A DNA stretch of 64,000 bases, taken from Bugula neritina. Lineage: Eukaryota > Animalia > Bryozoa. The DNA is taken from the NCBI GenBank assembly GCA_964035545.1, contig OZ037766.1, positions 24,420,126 through 24,484,125 on the forward strand, written 5' to 3'. The notes beneath the pieces were generated by a model, which was not told the DNA's origin, searched no databases, and saw only the letters and a list, made by a program, of their open reading frames with translations. This document shows, in pieces, positions 48,091 to 61,300 of the stretch. The translations under genes and the position numbers were made by a program. Each line of letters begins with the position of its first letter. Positions within the stretch are counted from its first letter, which is position 1.

Positions 48091-51000
48091 ATGGGGAGAA
48101 AACAAGAAATTTATTTATTTGTTGTAAATATTTTACTTACACTCCTCGCTGCCAAGGCTGACCTTGATAATAGCACAGACATACCAGGTAAGACTATACT
48201 CTTTACATAGAAATAAATAATTATAAATGAGTGAGAAATATTTCAACTAGCTCTAATAATATGCAACCAAAATGTGTGATTGTGTTATAATAGCAACCAA
48301 ACCAAAATAGAAATTACTTGATGCTCATATATATGGGAACAAAAACAGTACGTGTATTCATTTGTAATAATAGACTTGAAGATTTAATTACGTATGCAAA
48401 GTATTTCGCATTTCCTAGTAGAGTTTATAAATTTTAGTATAATATCTATTTCCGGATTGAAGAATCTCACTCTCATGTGTACAACTGAGACAATTTTATT
48501 TGACAGAGTTATTTTTTCAACAAAAAGTAGCCATTATTTTGCTGCCTATTCCCTACTCATTTGCTGTTGGTAATTAAGCTATCAGATAGCTCCATTTATT
48601 CATGACTGTGTCTGCACACACTGTTCAACTCATGCGCCTTTTGCCAACAGTTTAGGTTTCATGGGCTCTCATTGGCTGTTAAATTAAGCGTAGCCAGGAT
48701 GATTATGAGCTATTATTAGCAGAGACATTACTCAGAATAGGCCAGTATTTTATAACTTACAAGTTTGTTTTCAATGTTAGAGTCTCGGCATAGTAATCAA
48801 TCATATGATGCAAATATTAATTGTCAAAAGCTTGTTATGACTGGAATATATGATGTGGCAATGTTGAATAGCCTAGACTGCAACGTGATTCGGTTTCCTG
48901 TTTTATATCTTCAAATTAACTTTATTTTTAACTTTTATACATTTTATTTTTGTTATCAATTTCAGAAACATATTCTATTGGTCTCCACAGCATGAATTAT
49001 TAGTAAATTAATATACATAGTACAAAGTATTGATTGATTTTGAAGTAGTGGAGAGACACATAATTTATTATGAAATTCATTATAGATATGAATATTACGC
49101 AATTATAATGTTATTGGCTTTAGCCCTTTACGTATATTGAGAGGAAAGGTACTTTTGATATTAATTGTTGTTGAACTAATGAATCTTAAAAGAAAAAGGT
49201 AAATAAAAACAAATGGTGTTTTATTATAGGAATTGGTGTACCACCAATAAAATCGTAGGTAAAATTAAAGACACTGCATGAACAAGAAATTTGTGAAGTG
49301 TGTTATAACAACCACGAATAAGACAAGTAGTGTGACTGATAGTAGGTGTACAGTGCCACAATCCCTTATCTTAAAATAATTTCAAACATTCTACTGAGTA
49401 AGTAAGAGGTCATTGACTGTGACTAAAAGTTATACTTAGAAAATGTTTACTTGACACTAAATTTATCTGCAGGTTATTTTCATAGAAGTTTTGTTTGCTA
49501 TCTTTTTGAAATGTTATCTTTTTACTCATATTCAGGGCAAGGCAATAGTCTGAATAGTGACTCCACCAGGTTAATGTTTTCCTTGGTATGTGTGCCTATA
49601 ATGTTACAGATCACGATGCTAAGACTATGTTCCTACTTGACCAAACAGTAGATGTTATGGACACGTACTACCGTGACCCTCACACCGATCACAGCGTTAC
49701 AATCACAGTTGACGATCTAATCTCAGCCTTCAAAGTCACATTGAAGAGTACAAAAACAAATGTAGTCATTTTGGAGGTGTGTTTGAAACAGAGATTACAA
49801 ACTATAATACATTTTACTGTTAAAATATTTTATCAACTAATTTATCAATTAATATTATGTTACATGAATTTTAAACAGGGTCTGTAGAATAAACTAATGA
49901 CATATCTTGGAAATTCTAATTGTGGGTGCCATTTTTACCTGTACCATTTTTACCGGATGTCATTTTTAAACACCAAATGAAAAATTCATTTGCATAATTC
50001 GTGAGTGATTGAAAAAGATGATGTACGAATGCAAATTTATTATAAGTTTAGTTACTTATAATAGAATTGTTCTTCTTGCTGTTAATTTATTTGTTTCTAT
50101 ATAATAATGCATTCTACAGAGTGTGTACAAATATATTGACATGATGCACAATGTTGTGCTAAATATAGAACCCAGAGGCAGTAATATCCAAGTGTTCCAA
50201 TGACACGCCAGCTGCTATAGGAAATACTTCCCATGAATTGAGCTCTAGTGAGATGGAGCTAGTAAGCAATAACACATTTTCTGGAAGTCAATGCTACAAC
50301 CTCTCCTTTTATAGTAAGTATCTCCGCAAGGTTAACAGATTTATTATGACTCATTTCAAAACTATGATATGTTTTATCAAAGGCTTCATTTCAATCACGT
50401 TATATCATGTTATTTGGCACAATTTAGTTGCTTGTAATTTATCCTTATGGCTAACTAAGAAAATGAGTTCTTTTTTAATTAAACCTATACCCCAATTTTT
50501 TATGAACTTTTTTAGCAACAGCGAAATACTTAGGATACTCCCAAATACAGTTTTACGTCTCTTACAACACAACTCAGAACAACACGTTTGTGGAAGATCA
50601 ACTCATTGGAAACATTCTACTGAGAGCCAAGAGAGTTGCGAGATTAGTGGATGCTATTTTCAGCTACCTCGTGCTAGTTTTAGTGAGTTTATAAGAACTC
50701 ACTCATGTTGATAGTCGCTATCCCTGTGAGAAACCCCTGATTGAAAACGATTTTTTGTTAAGAACTTATTCATATGAGGCACAGGAGCAATTATGACTGA
50801 ATTCTCTTGCTAACATCACCAATGGCCTTTTGGGGTTCAAACCCATAACCCTTATAGGTTTACTAAGTCAATGCTCTAACTCCTACAACACTGGTGCTCT
50901 CTAGTTTTAGTGAGTTTGTAACCGACTTTAGTGATTTCTTCACCTTGAGGTCATTTAGCACCATAGGTCACCGTTACCATAGCAAATACCTCTGCTATGT

Positions 51001-52208
51001 TCTCACTTGCTGTAGGTAGGCATACCCTAACTTTTCTAGAAAATTGCTGAAGGTATCCATGCAATCTGAAAAAATTGAATACATTTCATAGCTTTCACTT
51101 TGAAGAGTTAAAAAAAGCAAAAAGTAGTATCTGATTTTAAAACTAACTTTAATGAAAATTCAAAAGCTAATTGCTCTGGTTTAGACTTCGTCGCATCAAT
51201 TGTTCAGGCTGCTAAAAATATAGAATATTTTGCTGCCAAGCAATGTTTCCAGTAATTCAATAACTTATTAGCCAACAACAACAAGTACTGCTACTACTAT
51301 AATGATGTTTTATTTTGTCATTCGGAAAAATAGCTGTAATTGAGTTTCTATATTTTCTAGTATTCATATATGTTCATATTTGCTAATAAGAACACTAAAT
51401 TTTTGATATATTCATAAACATTATCTCATCACTGCAGGTACAGAATCTATGATGTTTATTATTACTGTTATATTATTGTGTGCTGTGTGTTACGTAGGTA
51501 ATTATAGCTACACTTGGACTAGGAAATGATATCGACATCTATGCTATCAGGGATCATTTGAAGAAGCCAAAAGCCCCTCTTGTTGGTCTCTGTTGTCAGT
51601 TTGTTTTCATGCCTCTGGTAAGTCATTGTCAATTGCATTGCTTTAGAAATTAGACAATACAATTCATAGCAAAATTAAAAGCATTTTAGATACCCCAATA
51701 GATTTATAAATATCTAGTTAGAGCACAGCTATTACAAGTTGTTATTGTTATTACTGTAACACAAATTACAATAGACACAATAACTATAATAGCTGTAATA
51801 AAGTCAATGTTGTTTTATACAGTAACTAAGTGGCATTTACTAATCAGTAATCACCTTTAAATTCTGTTGAAATTTAAAATTTTACAAATTGTTTAAAAAC
51901 AAAGAAAAATTAACAAGGAAACAAAATTTAAAATAATATCACTAATTATTGCATGAAGACAGCATAATGTGCAGTTAATTTGGTAGTTATCATCTCATTG
52001 CAAAGATTTGAATTGAATATTTGCAGCTATCCTATGCTATTGTGTACATGTTTGGATACAAAGGAGGCTCAGCTATTGGCCTATTCACACTGGGATGTGC
52101 CCCAGGTGCAGGAGACAGTAACATGTTTACCATGCTGCTGAATGGAGACGTTTCTCTCAGTGCTACAATGACAACAGTTGGAACGGTCATCTGTTTAGGT
52201 CGGTATCA

Positions 52209-52302
<94 letters not shown>

Positions 52303-55300
52303 CCTACCACTGCTTCAAATAGTTTCAAAAGTTAATAATAAAATTAAAGAATTTAGGCTATCTCAATTTCTCCACTTCTGCTCTTAAGTTGAAAGTTTCT
52401 ATTGCTCAGTTTTTCACTTCAGTGGCTTCTCACTGCAGTACATTTCTAGAATGAAGCAAAACTTGAAATAATTAATATCAAAGCTGTGCAGTGTTTTAGC
52501 TTTATGAAGTGCTGCTGCATTTATAGTTGTTGAAACTTACATAAAATTGACCAATTTTTAGTTATCTTGTATTTACCTTTCTGTAAAGTTGTGCAAAAAG
52601 CTTTTAAAATGATATTTTCACTGTTACTCATCCAATATTATTATATAATATTATTTACTATTATTCTATTTATTTATTGGCTCTCATAGAAAATCCACCT
52701 GATGTGGCCTCACATTAAGTGCACACACATAATGCTAACAATTCAGTTTGAATAGCATAGCAAAATTATTGCCAATGTTCTACTAGAATATGTTATTCTA
52801 ACGATCTGTATACATGAAGATTAAACATGGAATTAGACAACATTTTGGAATGAACTACAATTAAATCTCAGTAACCTAAATGTTGCAAAACTTCATAAAT
52901 TCATACTCTTACTATAATACAGCTTTTGCTGTCAGAATTCAGTCTTTGGCATTTATTTCAGGTACAATGCCTTTCTGGTTATACACCCTAGGACTCACAC
53001 TCCCAGTTGATGAAGAGATTGGGAGGGTGAAAATACCCTTCCATCAAATTGCTATAAGTCTAGCTACCCTCTTCACACCTCTGGCTGTTGGGGCTCTAAT
53101 CAAGTTGAAGTTACCCAAAGTTTCTAATATTATAAGAAAATATATCCGAGTGAGAAAATAAAGTGAAAGCGTTAGATTTTGAGTTGAATTGTACAAATTT
53201 CAAATAATGTTGCTTCTTACAAAAAGTATGTAATTCTTTAAAAACATGTGACTAAATGATATTGTTTAATACATATGAGCTGATATATATGTAACAATAA
53301 AATTGATATCTTAGTTGCATGCAGTTTTGTCATGATGAAACATAAAGTAGCATCGACATATCTTGTGAGTAAAAATTGTTGCAAAACAATTTTATTTTTC
53401 AATAGAAAATCACATTTTGCTAAATTTAATTTGTTTGCAAAATGAATTGTATTAAGACATAAAAAAGTACGGTTTCATAATCTTTGCCTAAAATAAGATT
53501 CTAACGCTTACTTGTAAATTTTTGTAGTCATTTTCATAATTTAATAACATTATATTTTAGTAACAATTCATATTTTTAAATGCTAATATCTTTTAATATC
53601 TACTTTACAAGTCACTGGGACACTATGAAACACGTTAGTACTTTTTATTCTTTGTTCCGTTTTAGATATTTTTCATACTGGTGATATTGTTCTTCTTCTC
53701 ATTTGGTGTCTACGCAAACCTGTACTTCTACGAGTCTCTCACAGCTGAACTGCTCTTCTCCACAGCTACGCTGCCGTATGGGGGGCTGGTCATTGGAGCC
53801 CTAGCTGCTTGGATCTTTAGAATGGATTTCAAACTAGTAAAGGTTTGATTTTGTATACTTAATATGGATGAAAAATAATGTAGTATATATTTTATTTTGA
53901 TTCCTTGCAAACAATAGTATATCAGCTATTTGCGATATGCTTAGGCCTGTTATCCTAAAGTTGTATTTAGTTGATAGCCAAGACATGATATGTGTAGCAG
54001 TGAAAACTACAAGACTAATCACTAATAAAACAAGCCTCTAATTTGCTTACTATTTACACTATTATTATTACAATTGAAAAGCAAATGTGCTGTTGATACT
54101 TCTGTCAAAAATACTTATTTATTATGTGGTTTTTCATATACACTATAGTGTATATTCAAACAAATTTATCACTATAACTTTTAGAAGTAATTAGGTTTCT
54201 GCTATACTATTGCAATATAAACTTATACAAAGCAAAGTTGAGGTGAGTTTATTTCAACTAAAAGCTTGTGTTTTGAAAACTTCTGCTTGTAGTAATTCTG
54301 CATACTTCCTGAAAAAACTAGTCATCTTGGGACTCTAACCCAAAGCCTAGTGTTAAATAGTCGAGCTCCATCGACACTACACCAAAGTCAAGTCATCATG
54401 AAATGCATATTATTTGTATTTCAACTGCACAGTAATTTTGTTAAATAACAAACTCAGTTTATATAAAAGCAATCCTTGCTCATTTATTTATGTTTATTTG
54501 CTATGAAATACCAGTGCTAACCTGCTACTATAAGGTTGTATGTATTTGCTGTACTTTGTTTCACAAATAATTATAGACACTTTCACTAGAGACTGGAATA
54601 CAGAATGTTACTCTCTGCATACTAGTTGTACAGTCGACACTTGGTCAGCCTGAGAGTGACCTGGCCATCATAGCTCCTATGGCAGCTTCCATAATGCTGG
54701 CGTTTCCTATCTTTATCGTCACTGCTATTTATATGATCAAAAAGAGGATAAGTCATAACAAAGTAAGATAACGAAAATATCATCTTTTAAATGTTTAAAT
54801 ATAAATATATAAAATTAAAATATTTAAATATCTAAATATAAACATCTGATCATAAAACATAAGTCAAGTATCACTTAGAATACTAGTTTATAGTATACAA
54901 ACACAAATCCTATTTGTTGTGTTTCAATCACGACCCTGGCAAACCTGCAGTAAACCAGTGAAAACATATTTTTTGATAAACTCAGCGTATTATTACAAGG
55001 TTTCAACTCTTGATACATAATTCTTTTGTACGGGTATTCATTTTTTGGAATTTTTAATTTTGAGCTGAATCCAAACGAACTTTAAATAAAATACACATCT
55101 CTTAAATAGGAAATCGAGTTTTTATTCCCCTACAAAAAAATTTCATCTGCATATCAAAGCATTATTTTTATGATTATTTTCATTAGTTTTAGAATACTAA
55201 TCTAACCTGGAAAATGTTGGCCCAATAAGTTTTGTGGGTTCAAATATGTCTAATTGAAGTTTTTTCATAAATTAGTGTGACATAATGAGATTAAAGTGTT

Positions 55301-55986
55301 TATATACAGTAGAAGTTGAAAATAACTCTTTGGTCAAAACATAAAGAATCTAATTTTATACCCATTACATTAGTTACATTAATTATGTTGTTGAATGTAC
55401 CTGAAATGAAACAACTTTGAACAGTCTAATAAGCTCTATTCTCTCCTAATTCTAATTATATTTTCTAGCACCTCAGAATGAGTTCAAAACTATAGAAATT
55501 TAGCAATTTTCCTTGTCAACAACAATCAAGTAATTATATAATAATGAAATTACTATTATTATTATTCAAATTTTTGAGAACTTTAAAACCAGGAAAGCAG
55601 ATGTTATGTAGCATTTAATCAATAAAGTCTCAAACCTATATTAAAATTATCAATCTTACGTAATGTCTTATATTACATTACCAGAACGGATAAGAACAGA
55701 GATGAGCTGGTATACTCCTATACACATGTATACTGATTTAGTCTGAAGTGCAGGTCACTCAACTTTATAATTTATATATCTTGTGGTTCTGCAATGTTAC
55801 TAGCAAAAGGAAAAAGACAATGAAGATGTAGAGGAGGAAATGAAAAATCATCGAGTAAAGCAGGAGAGGAAAACTTCATCAGCTGTAGATGAAATTGATG
55901 AATTCCATAAAGTGGAAATGATTAACCCTGCTTTCGAAGGAGATGCTATCAATGGCCATGCTTGCAGCCAACAAACTAAAACCTAA
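48091..55986 (+). CDS. SLC10 family sodium/bile acid cotransporter-like protein, paralog B (about 533 aa)
   Basis: Exons 48091-48187, 49610-49776 (5' boundary uncertain), 50169-50313, 50516-50682, 51498-51617, 52027-52198, 52962-53149, 53666-53842, 54577-54762, 55804-55986. Exon number and phases match paralog A. Motifs: HLKKPKAPLVGLCCQFVFMPL, GCAPGAGDSN...NGDVSLSATMT, MPFWLY, ETGIQN. Confidence 0.9.
50691..50900 (-). mobile_element. tRNA-derived SINE, same family as 47598-47815, inserted at the SLC10-B exon 4/intron junction
   Basis: The reverse complement shares long blocks with the 47.6-kb copy (CAGTCATAATTGCTCCTGTGCCTCAT, ATCAGGGGTTTCTCACAGGGATAGCGACTAT). 17-bp TSD CTAGTTTTAGTGAGTTT at 50674-50690 and 50901-50917. 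Confidence 0.9.
52214..52301. repeat. (TA)n microsatellite, about 44 units
   Basis: Seen directly; starts 15 nt after the SLC10-B exon 6 donor. Confidence 0.95.
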
Positions 55987-57192
55987 TTATTTTTTAAGAT
56001 GCCTTCGTAAAAACAAGGTTGTTAACTACTTAAAGCCAATAGCCTATAGATTAATCAATAATCAAAATACAGTATACAAGCCTAGCTTTGATATTTGTAT
56101 GTCTGCTACTATACATAATACGCCATGAATAAGTTTGATATTTTTATGTGAAAATTAACGCTTTACACAATACTAATGCAAAAATAGCTCAATTATTACT
56201 ACTATATTTATATTTGAAACTATGCCAAAATATTAACTGCAAAGCTTTTATATATTTAAATCTGCTTTTATATTATTTACCAATTCGCTATAAATATGTT
56301 TATATCTTTTTAAAGTTAACTATGTAATATACAAATAAACACACTTAAGATCTGTGATGCAGTTATTAGGTCAACTTTTTATATGATGTGTGTGTGTTTT
56401 TTTTAAATTCATAGAGGAAATGGCCACTACAAAAACAAAATCAAAAATGCAAATGTTTTATACAAAACTTTGTTTTTAAATGGAATTGGGTAAATAGTTA
56501 TGTAACTATGTTGGAACTTGGAATAATATTACTGAAATCTTTTTATCCACTAGCTATGAAAGTCTTAAGGTACATGTAAGTAACTAGTAAATATCTTAAG
56601 TGCCTAAAGATATCAACTTAACCTATAATTTTTCTCATAGTATTGCAAGCATGGCTGTATCATTTCTATTCATTACTACATAGCAAGGAGTATCTCTTCC
56701 TAAGAAGTTTAAACTCAACAGTGGAATAAACTGGGTTTTAGCAGTTTATTTCTATGTTTGTTTGTAAAAACACACTGAGAACTAGTATAGAGATGCCTTG
56801 TGGTTAGTAAGGAAAAGTATGCTAATAATTAGCATTAGGATTACAGAAAACATGATAAAAGTTTACATAAAGCTACTATGAAAGCAGTATTTCCTACGTT
56901 AAATAATAATTAACATGATGGAGTGCAACGCTAAATATTGATCTGATATTACGTAACCGCTTACTTCTTTTATTTAGAGGTCAGTAAAATATAATAATAC
57001 TTGTTAGCACTAGCACTCGCAGATGTAGTAACTGGTAAGAGTTCTGATGGATAGCAGAGTTTCTAAGAGTTTATGATATATTTGAGTGGCTAGTTACTAT
57101 ATCAGGCACAAAAGATGTAAAATGAAAAAATATAACTGTAACTACTACGATAGTTGCGTTCTGAGACAGACATGGCGTACATCTACTGCACA

Positions 57193-57274
57193 GTCTCTCT
57201 CCCCCCACTCTCCCCATCCTTTCCTCCCCCACTCTCTCCTCCTTCCCTCCCCCCTCTCCCCTTCCTTCCCTCCT
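57193..57274. repeat. Polypyrimidine/polypurine low-complexity tract
   Basis: Almost pure C/T run with many C3-C6 tracts (G-runs on the minus strand). Confidence 0.8.
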
Positions 57275-58139
57275 GGGTATCAATAAAGCCAGCAAAGGTG
57301 TGGCAAGAGTATCGGTCACCTTAAACGCATAGATACACCCATATATCCCATAACCAGTTCAATACAGATGAATCAATTAAACTACAAGTCACAATTACTA
57401 CTGCTGGTTTTTATGTTCTATTCAGATGGAAATAAAAGCAGAACTTTCAATGAGATAATAATTGTTTTGATAGCATAAAGGACATGAACATTTTGAACTT
57501 GTAATTACAAGCAGATAAGCTTGAAAATACATTAACAAACAACTTACCTTGGTATGGCTAGTTACATACCTCTTGAGAGATTGTCTCCCTTGCTTCATGA
57601 TTCTTAGAAAAGGAAATACTAATAGAAAAGATAGCTTTTATCAATTTATTAAAATTGTTTTAGCTTTAAAACCGAATACGCTGAATAGTTGCATGGTATT
57701 GTTTAGCCTTGTATCGTGTCTTATAGGCCTACTTTTATTTTCTGCGCTATTAAATTCCAACATTGAAATAGTTGTCTGATTAAATTTATTGCTCTGAAAG
57801 ACCTATGAACTCCTATAAAAAATGTTTACATTTATGGTTGTTTGGAAATTTGGTAATCAATTTAATAATAGCATGTTATCATTTCTTGTGTATGTACTTG
57901 TTAGTGAAAGTTGTGGACCATATTTTGTGTACTTGCATTGTAACCTATTTATCCAGGACGAATTGATTGTAAAGTTTAATTGAAAGGTAAGTCTAAAATA
58001 GTTGCGATAAATTATAACGATGGTTTATAATGAGGTGTCTTACAGGATGCATGTATATTATGCTCTTTTGATGGTGGATAACATTGTGCTTGAAGATACA
58101 AAAACATAGTTTAGTTCCAGTGAAATTGTAATATTCTAT

Positions 58140-58340
58140 TGAAGCGCCGTAGTCGCTACCAACTTATAAAGATTGTAAATTAAAACATAACGGGTCGCCG
58201 AAGTGTACTATAGAGTATAATTATTGTCAAGTTCTTACTATCGTGGTTAAATCATAAACATAAACACGTGGGCGACAACGGACAACTTGCAGCGCATTCA
58301 TGTTAATTGGTTATTGAATAACGAATACTCGCAAATGTAG
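58140..58340 (+). promoter_or_regulatory. CpG-enriched patch, probable promoter/TSS
   Basis: Cluster of CpGs (GCGCCGTAGTCGC, CGGGTCGCCG, CACGTGGGCGACAACGG) in a CpG-poor background. It is followed by a GTAAGT donor at 58532 and by a periodic AT-rich block like those beside the PCF11 and BAG6 starts. Confidence 0.4.
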
Positions 58341-61300
58341 CAGCCTTGCACTATTGTCCTAACTGGACATTTAAGCTTCTGCATGCAGCATGCATTTGGT
58401 TACACTTGTACCCAAACCACACCATTTTAATTTTTGTCTGCAGAACTAGGTGTAGTTATAGTATTAGTTGCAACTTGCTCGTATTCATTAATACCAACAT
58501 TGTCAAAACTTGGACTGACAAATCAGGAGTTGTAAGTGTAACTGTAAATATTGATATGTAATCACTAAGTCTAATGTCTAATCAAATTATTTTTTTAATT
58601 TTGCCTAAACTTGAAGTTTTAATTTGAATTTCAGTTTAAGTTTAATTAATTAAATAATTTTTATTTTACTCATACTTTTTCAGTTTGATTGAACTTTAAG
58701 ACTATTCACGATTGTAATTATTAAATGATATTTATTAATTATATTTATGATAAATATAATAATTTAAATAATAAAATTAAATGATCAATATAATACTAAT
58801 AGTAATAGAATATAAATTTAAACTTAAAGTAAGTAATATTAATACTAATAGTAATAATGAATGTCAATATCAATATGTATATAAAATTAAATTAATATCT
58901 ACAATAAAACTTATAACTGTAATTTACTAATCACCGTTACTATTAGTATTACTATTACTTTAGTATTAGACTTAGTATTACTAATACTTATACTAATACT
59001 AATAGCTATTGATATTACACTAAAACTATTACTAAATGTATTGCTATTAGTATAAGAATTGGTATTACTATTAGTATTAGTATTACTATTGAAATATCAT
59101 TAATAAGATTATCATTATGACTATTTCGTAGTCATACTCATACTCATAGTGATAGAGTCATACTCATAGACTTAAAGTCAGAGTGATACTGATACTCATA
59201 CTGATACCAGATGAGCCAATAGTATTAGTACTCTGGTTAGTTTTTAGTGGATGTATTTATCATTATATTTTTATTAGTACTAATAGTAGTATTACTAATA
59301 CTAATAGTAATACTATAACATGAACTATTGCTATTAGTGTTACTATTAGTAAAACTGTAAGTATAAGTGTTACTATTTTCGTATTTCAGTATTTCAGAAA
59401 ATATCTAAACTGTAAAACTAAAATTAAATAGTAGAACTAAATGTAGTAGTAATACTATAACTATAAGTATATAAATATATTCAATTTTGAAATTTAATTA
59501 ATATTATTTCATTATTGATATAATTATGTTGCTTTATTAGCATAAGTATTAATATTACTCAGTAAATTAATTATAATTAGTAAATGAAATATTAATAGCT
59601 GTTATCTTTCAGATCTTACTTATTGGTTATTAGTATGGGCATAAAGGCATCAGCTAAATATAGTTTAGCTTTCTTACAATTAGGTTTTATATTCAATTTT
59701 GTACACACATGCATTCAATTAACTTGCAGCAAAACTACTTTAAGGCATACATAAACGGATTGTACTATTCAATTAATTTGGCTGAGTATACCACTCTAAA
59801 GCTGCATTTGAGTTGTAGCCAAGGTATTTCATTAGATTTTATTATCACATCAATACAATTTGTCAGTTACGATTTTGGTGAAGCACCGTTGTTCCGTCAT
59901 TCAGCTAAATTCCTTTTTAAAGAGGAAATGTTTTTCAGTTGAAGTATTTAGGTTCTGCATAAACTTTAAAAAAAACTTATTTTAGAAATTTTAGTTCTTG
60001 CAGCATCAACTATTGCAGTTAATGTTAGTTTGCGTCTAAAACTACTGTGTATCAATGCTTTTTCAGTTTTATTTATCCTCCCTGCGTTTATATGATTAAC
60101 ATTACCTTACAGTCCCAGCTATATATGCCAAAATTTATTAGCAGAAAATAAACTTATCTCATTTAATTTTTCATATCTTTCAGAAAACCAGAACTACCAC
60201 CATGAAGTTTCATACCTCCCGACTTCATAAATATCTGGTTTTGCTGTTGATTTTTTTCATCAAATTTGAGAAGAGTAATTTTTTAAAAATATTTTTGCAA
60301 CTGGACATATAAAAAATGTGCAATCTTTCTTCATAAAAAACATGTAAATTTTAAGATGTAAAAATAATAAAATTTTAAATGTCAAAACTACTTTATTAGC
60401 CGCAGTAGCAGCAAAAGTAATGAAGTTTTGTGTTATGTTTAGAAAGATATAACATTTGTAGTTTAAAACCAATTCACGTGAATGGCCCAAAAATATATAC
60501 TATATGTCAAGTGTTCACTATTTGTCCTTGGTCATATGTCTTATCAAAGTTTAGCTTTCACCCTGTGGTGATATTAAGTGATATCAAGTATATATTACCC
60601 AGATAAAAGCTCAAGTCATATCAAGTACTTACACAAGCTAGAAAGGTCTCGGCTCAAAGTGGCATCAGATTAAAACCTATTTTAAATCATAATATGCTAA
60701 TTTTAGATTTATTTCACTAAATATACAACCATATATTGATTGCATGCCAAATCCATTGTACATTGGAAATGTAGTTCAATAATATGCCATCTCAAAACAA
60801 GACGCAACTGATACACTGTTTTTAAATTTTACACTAGTTTTTTTATTTTTTATTTTGTGCTTTCTTTTCTGATGTGCCTGTTGAGCTACCAATATTCAAC
60901 TCTCAGCCTTTTAACCACTCTATCGTATGCAATCAATGAGTATTTTGTTAAAATTAATTGTTTGATAATAACTGTGTTCACTGGGGCTTCAGACCACACA
61001 TATTACTTTTAAAGTTGTAACATATTGTACTTGTGGTTTTCAGCCAGATATTGCCATGCTTTTACATCATGGCCTCAGTAGCTTGCAGCTCCAGTTTTAG
61101 GCCTTTAATTTTCTTCCATTCACTTGAAGTTCCCACAGATTCCCAAACTACCCAGCTATAACTAAATGATGCCACCATAATGTAATTTTACTGAATGCTG
61201 TTCACAGAGTACCTCTGAAGCATTACTTGGATTTGATCATTGCTAAAAAGCTCAAGTGTCATCGTTCATAAGCTCCTGCAAAAATAATTGAATAACACTG

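Noticed and set aside
57548-57598. Minus-strand mini-exon MKQGRQSLKRYVTSHTK followed by GTAAGT
   Set aside because: No downstream exon or homology was found; it may be a non-coding divergent transcript, but this is unsupported.
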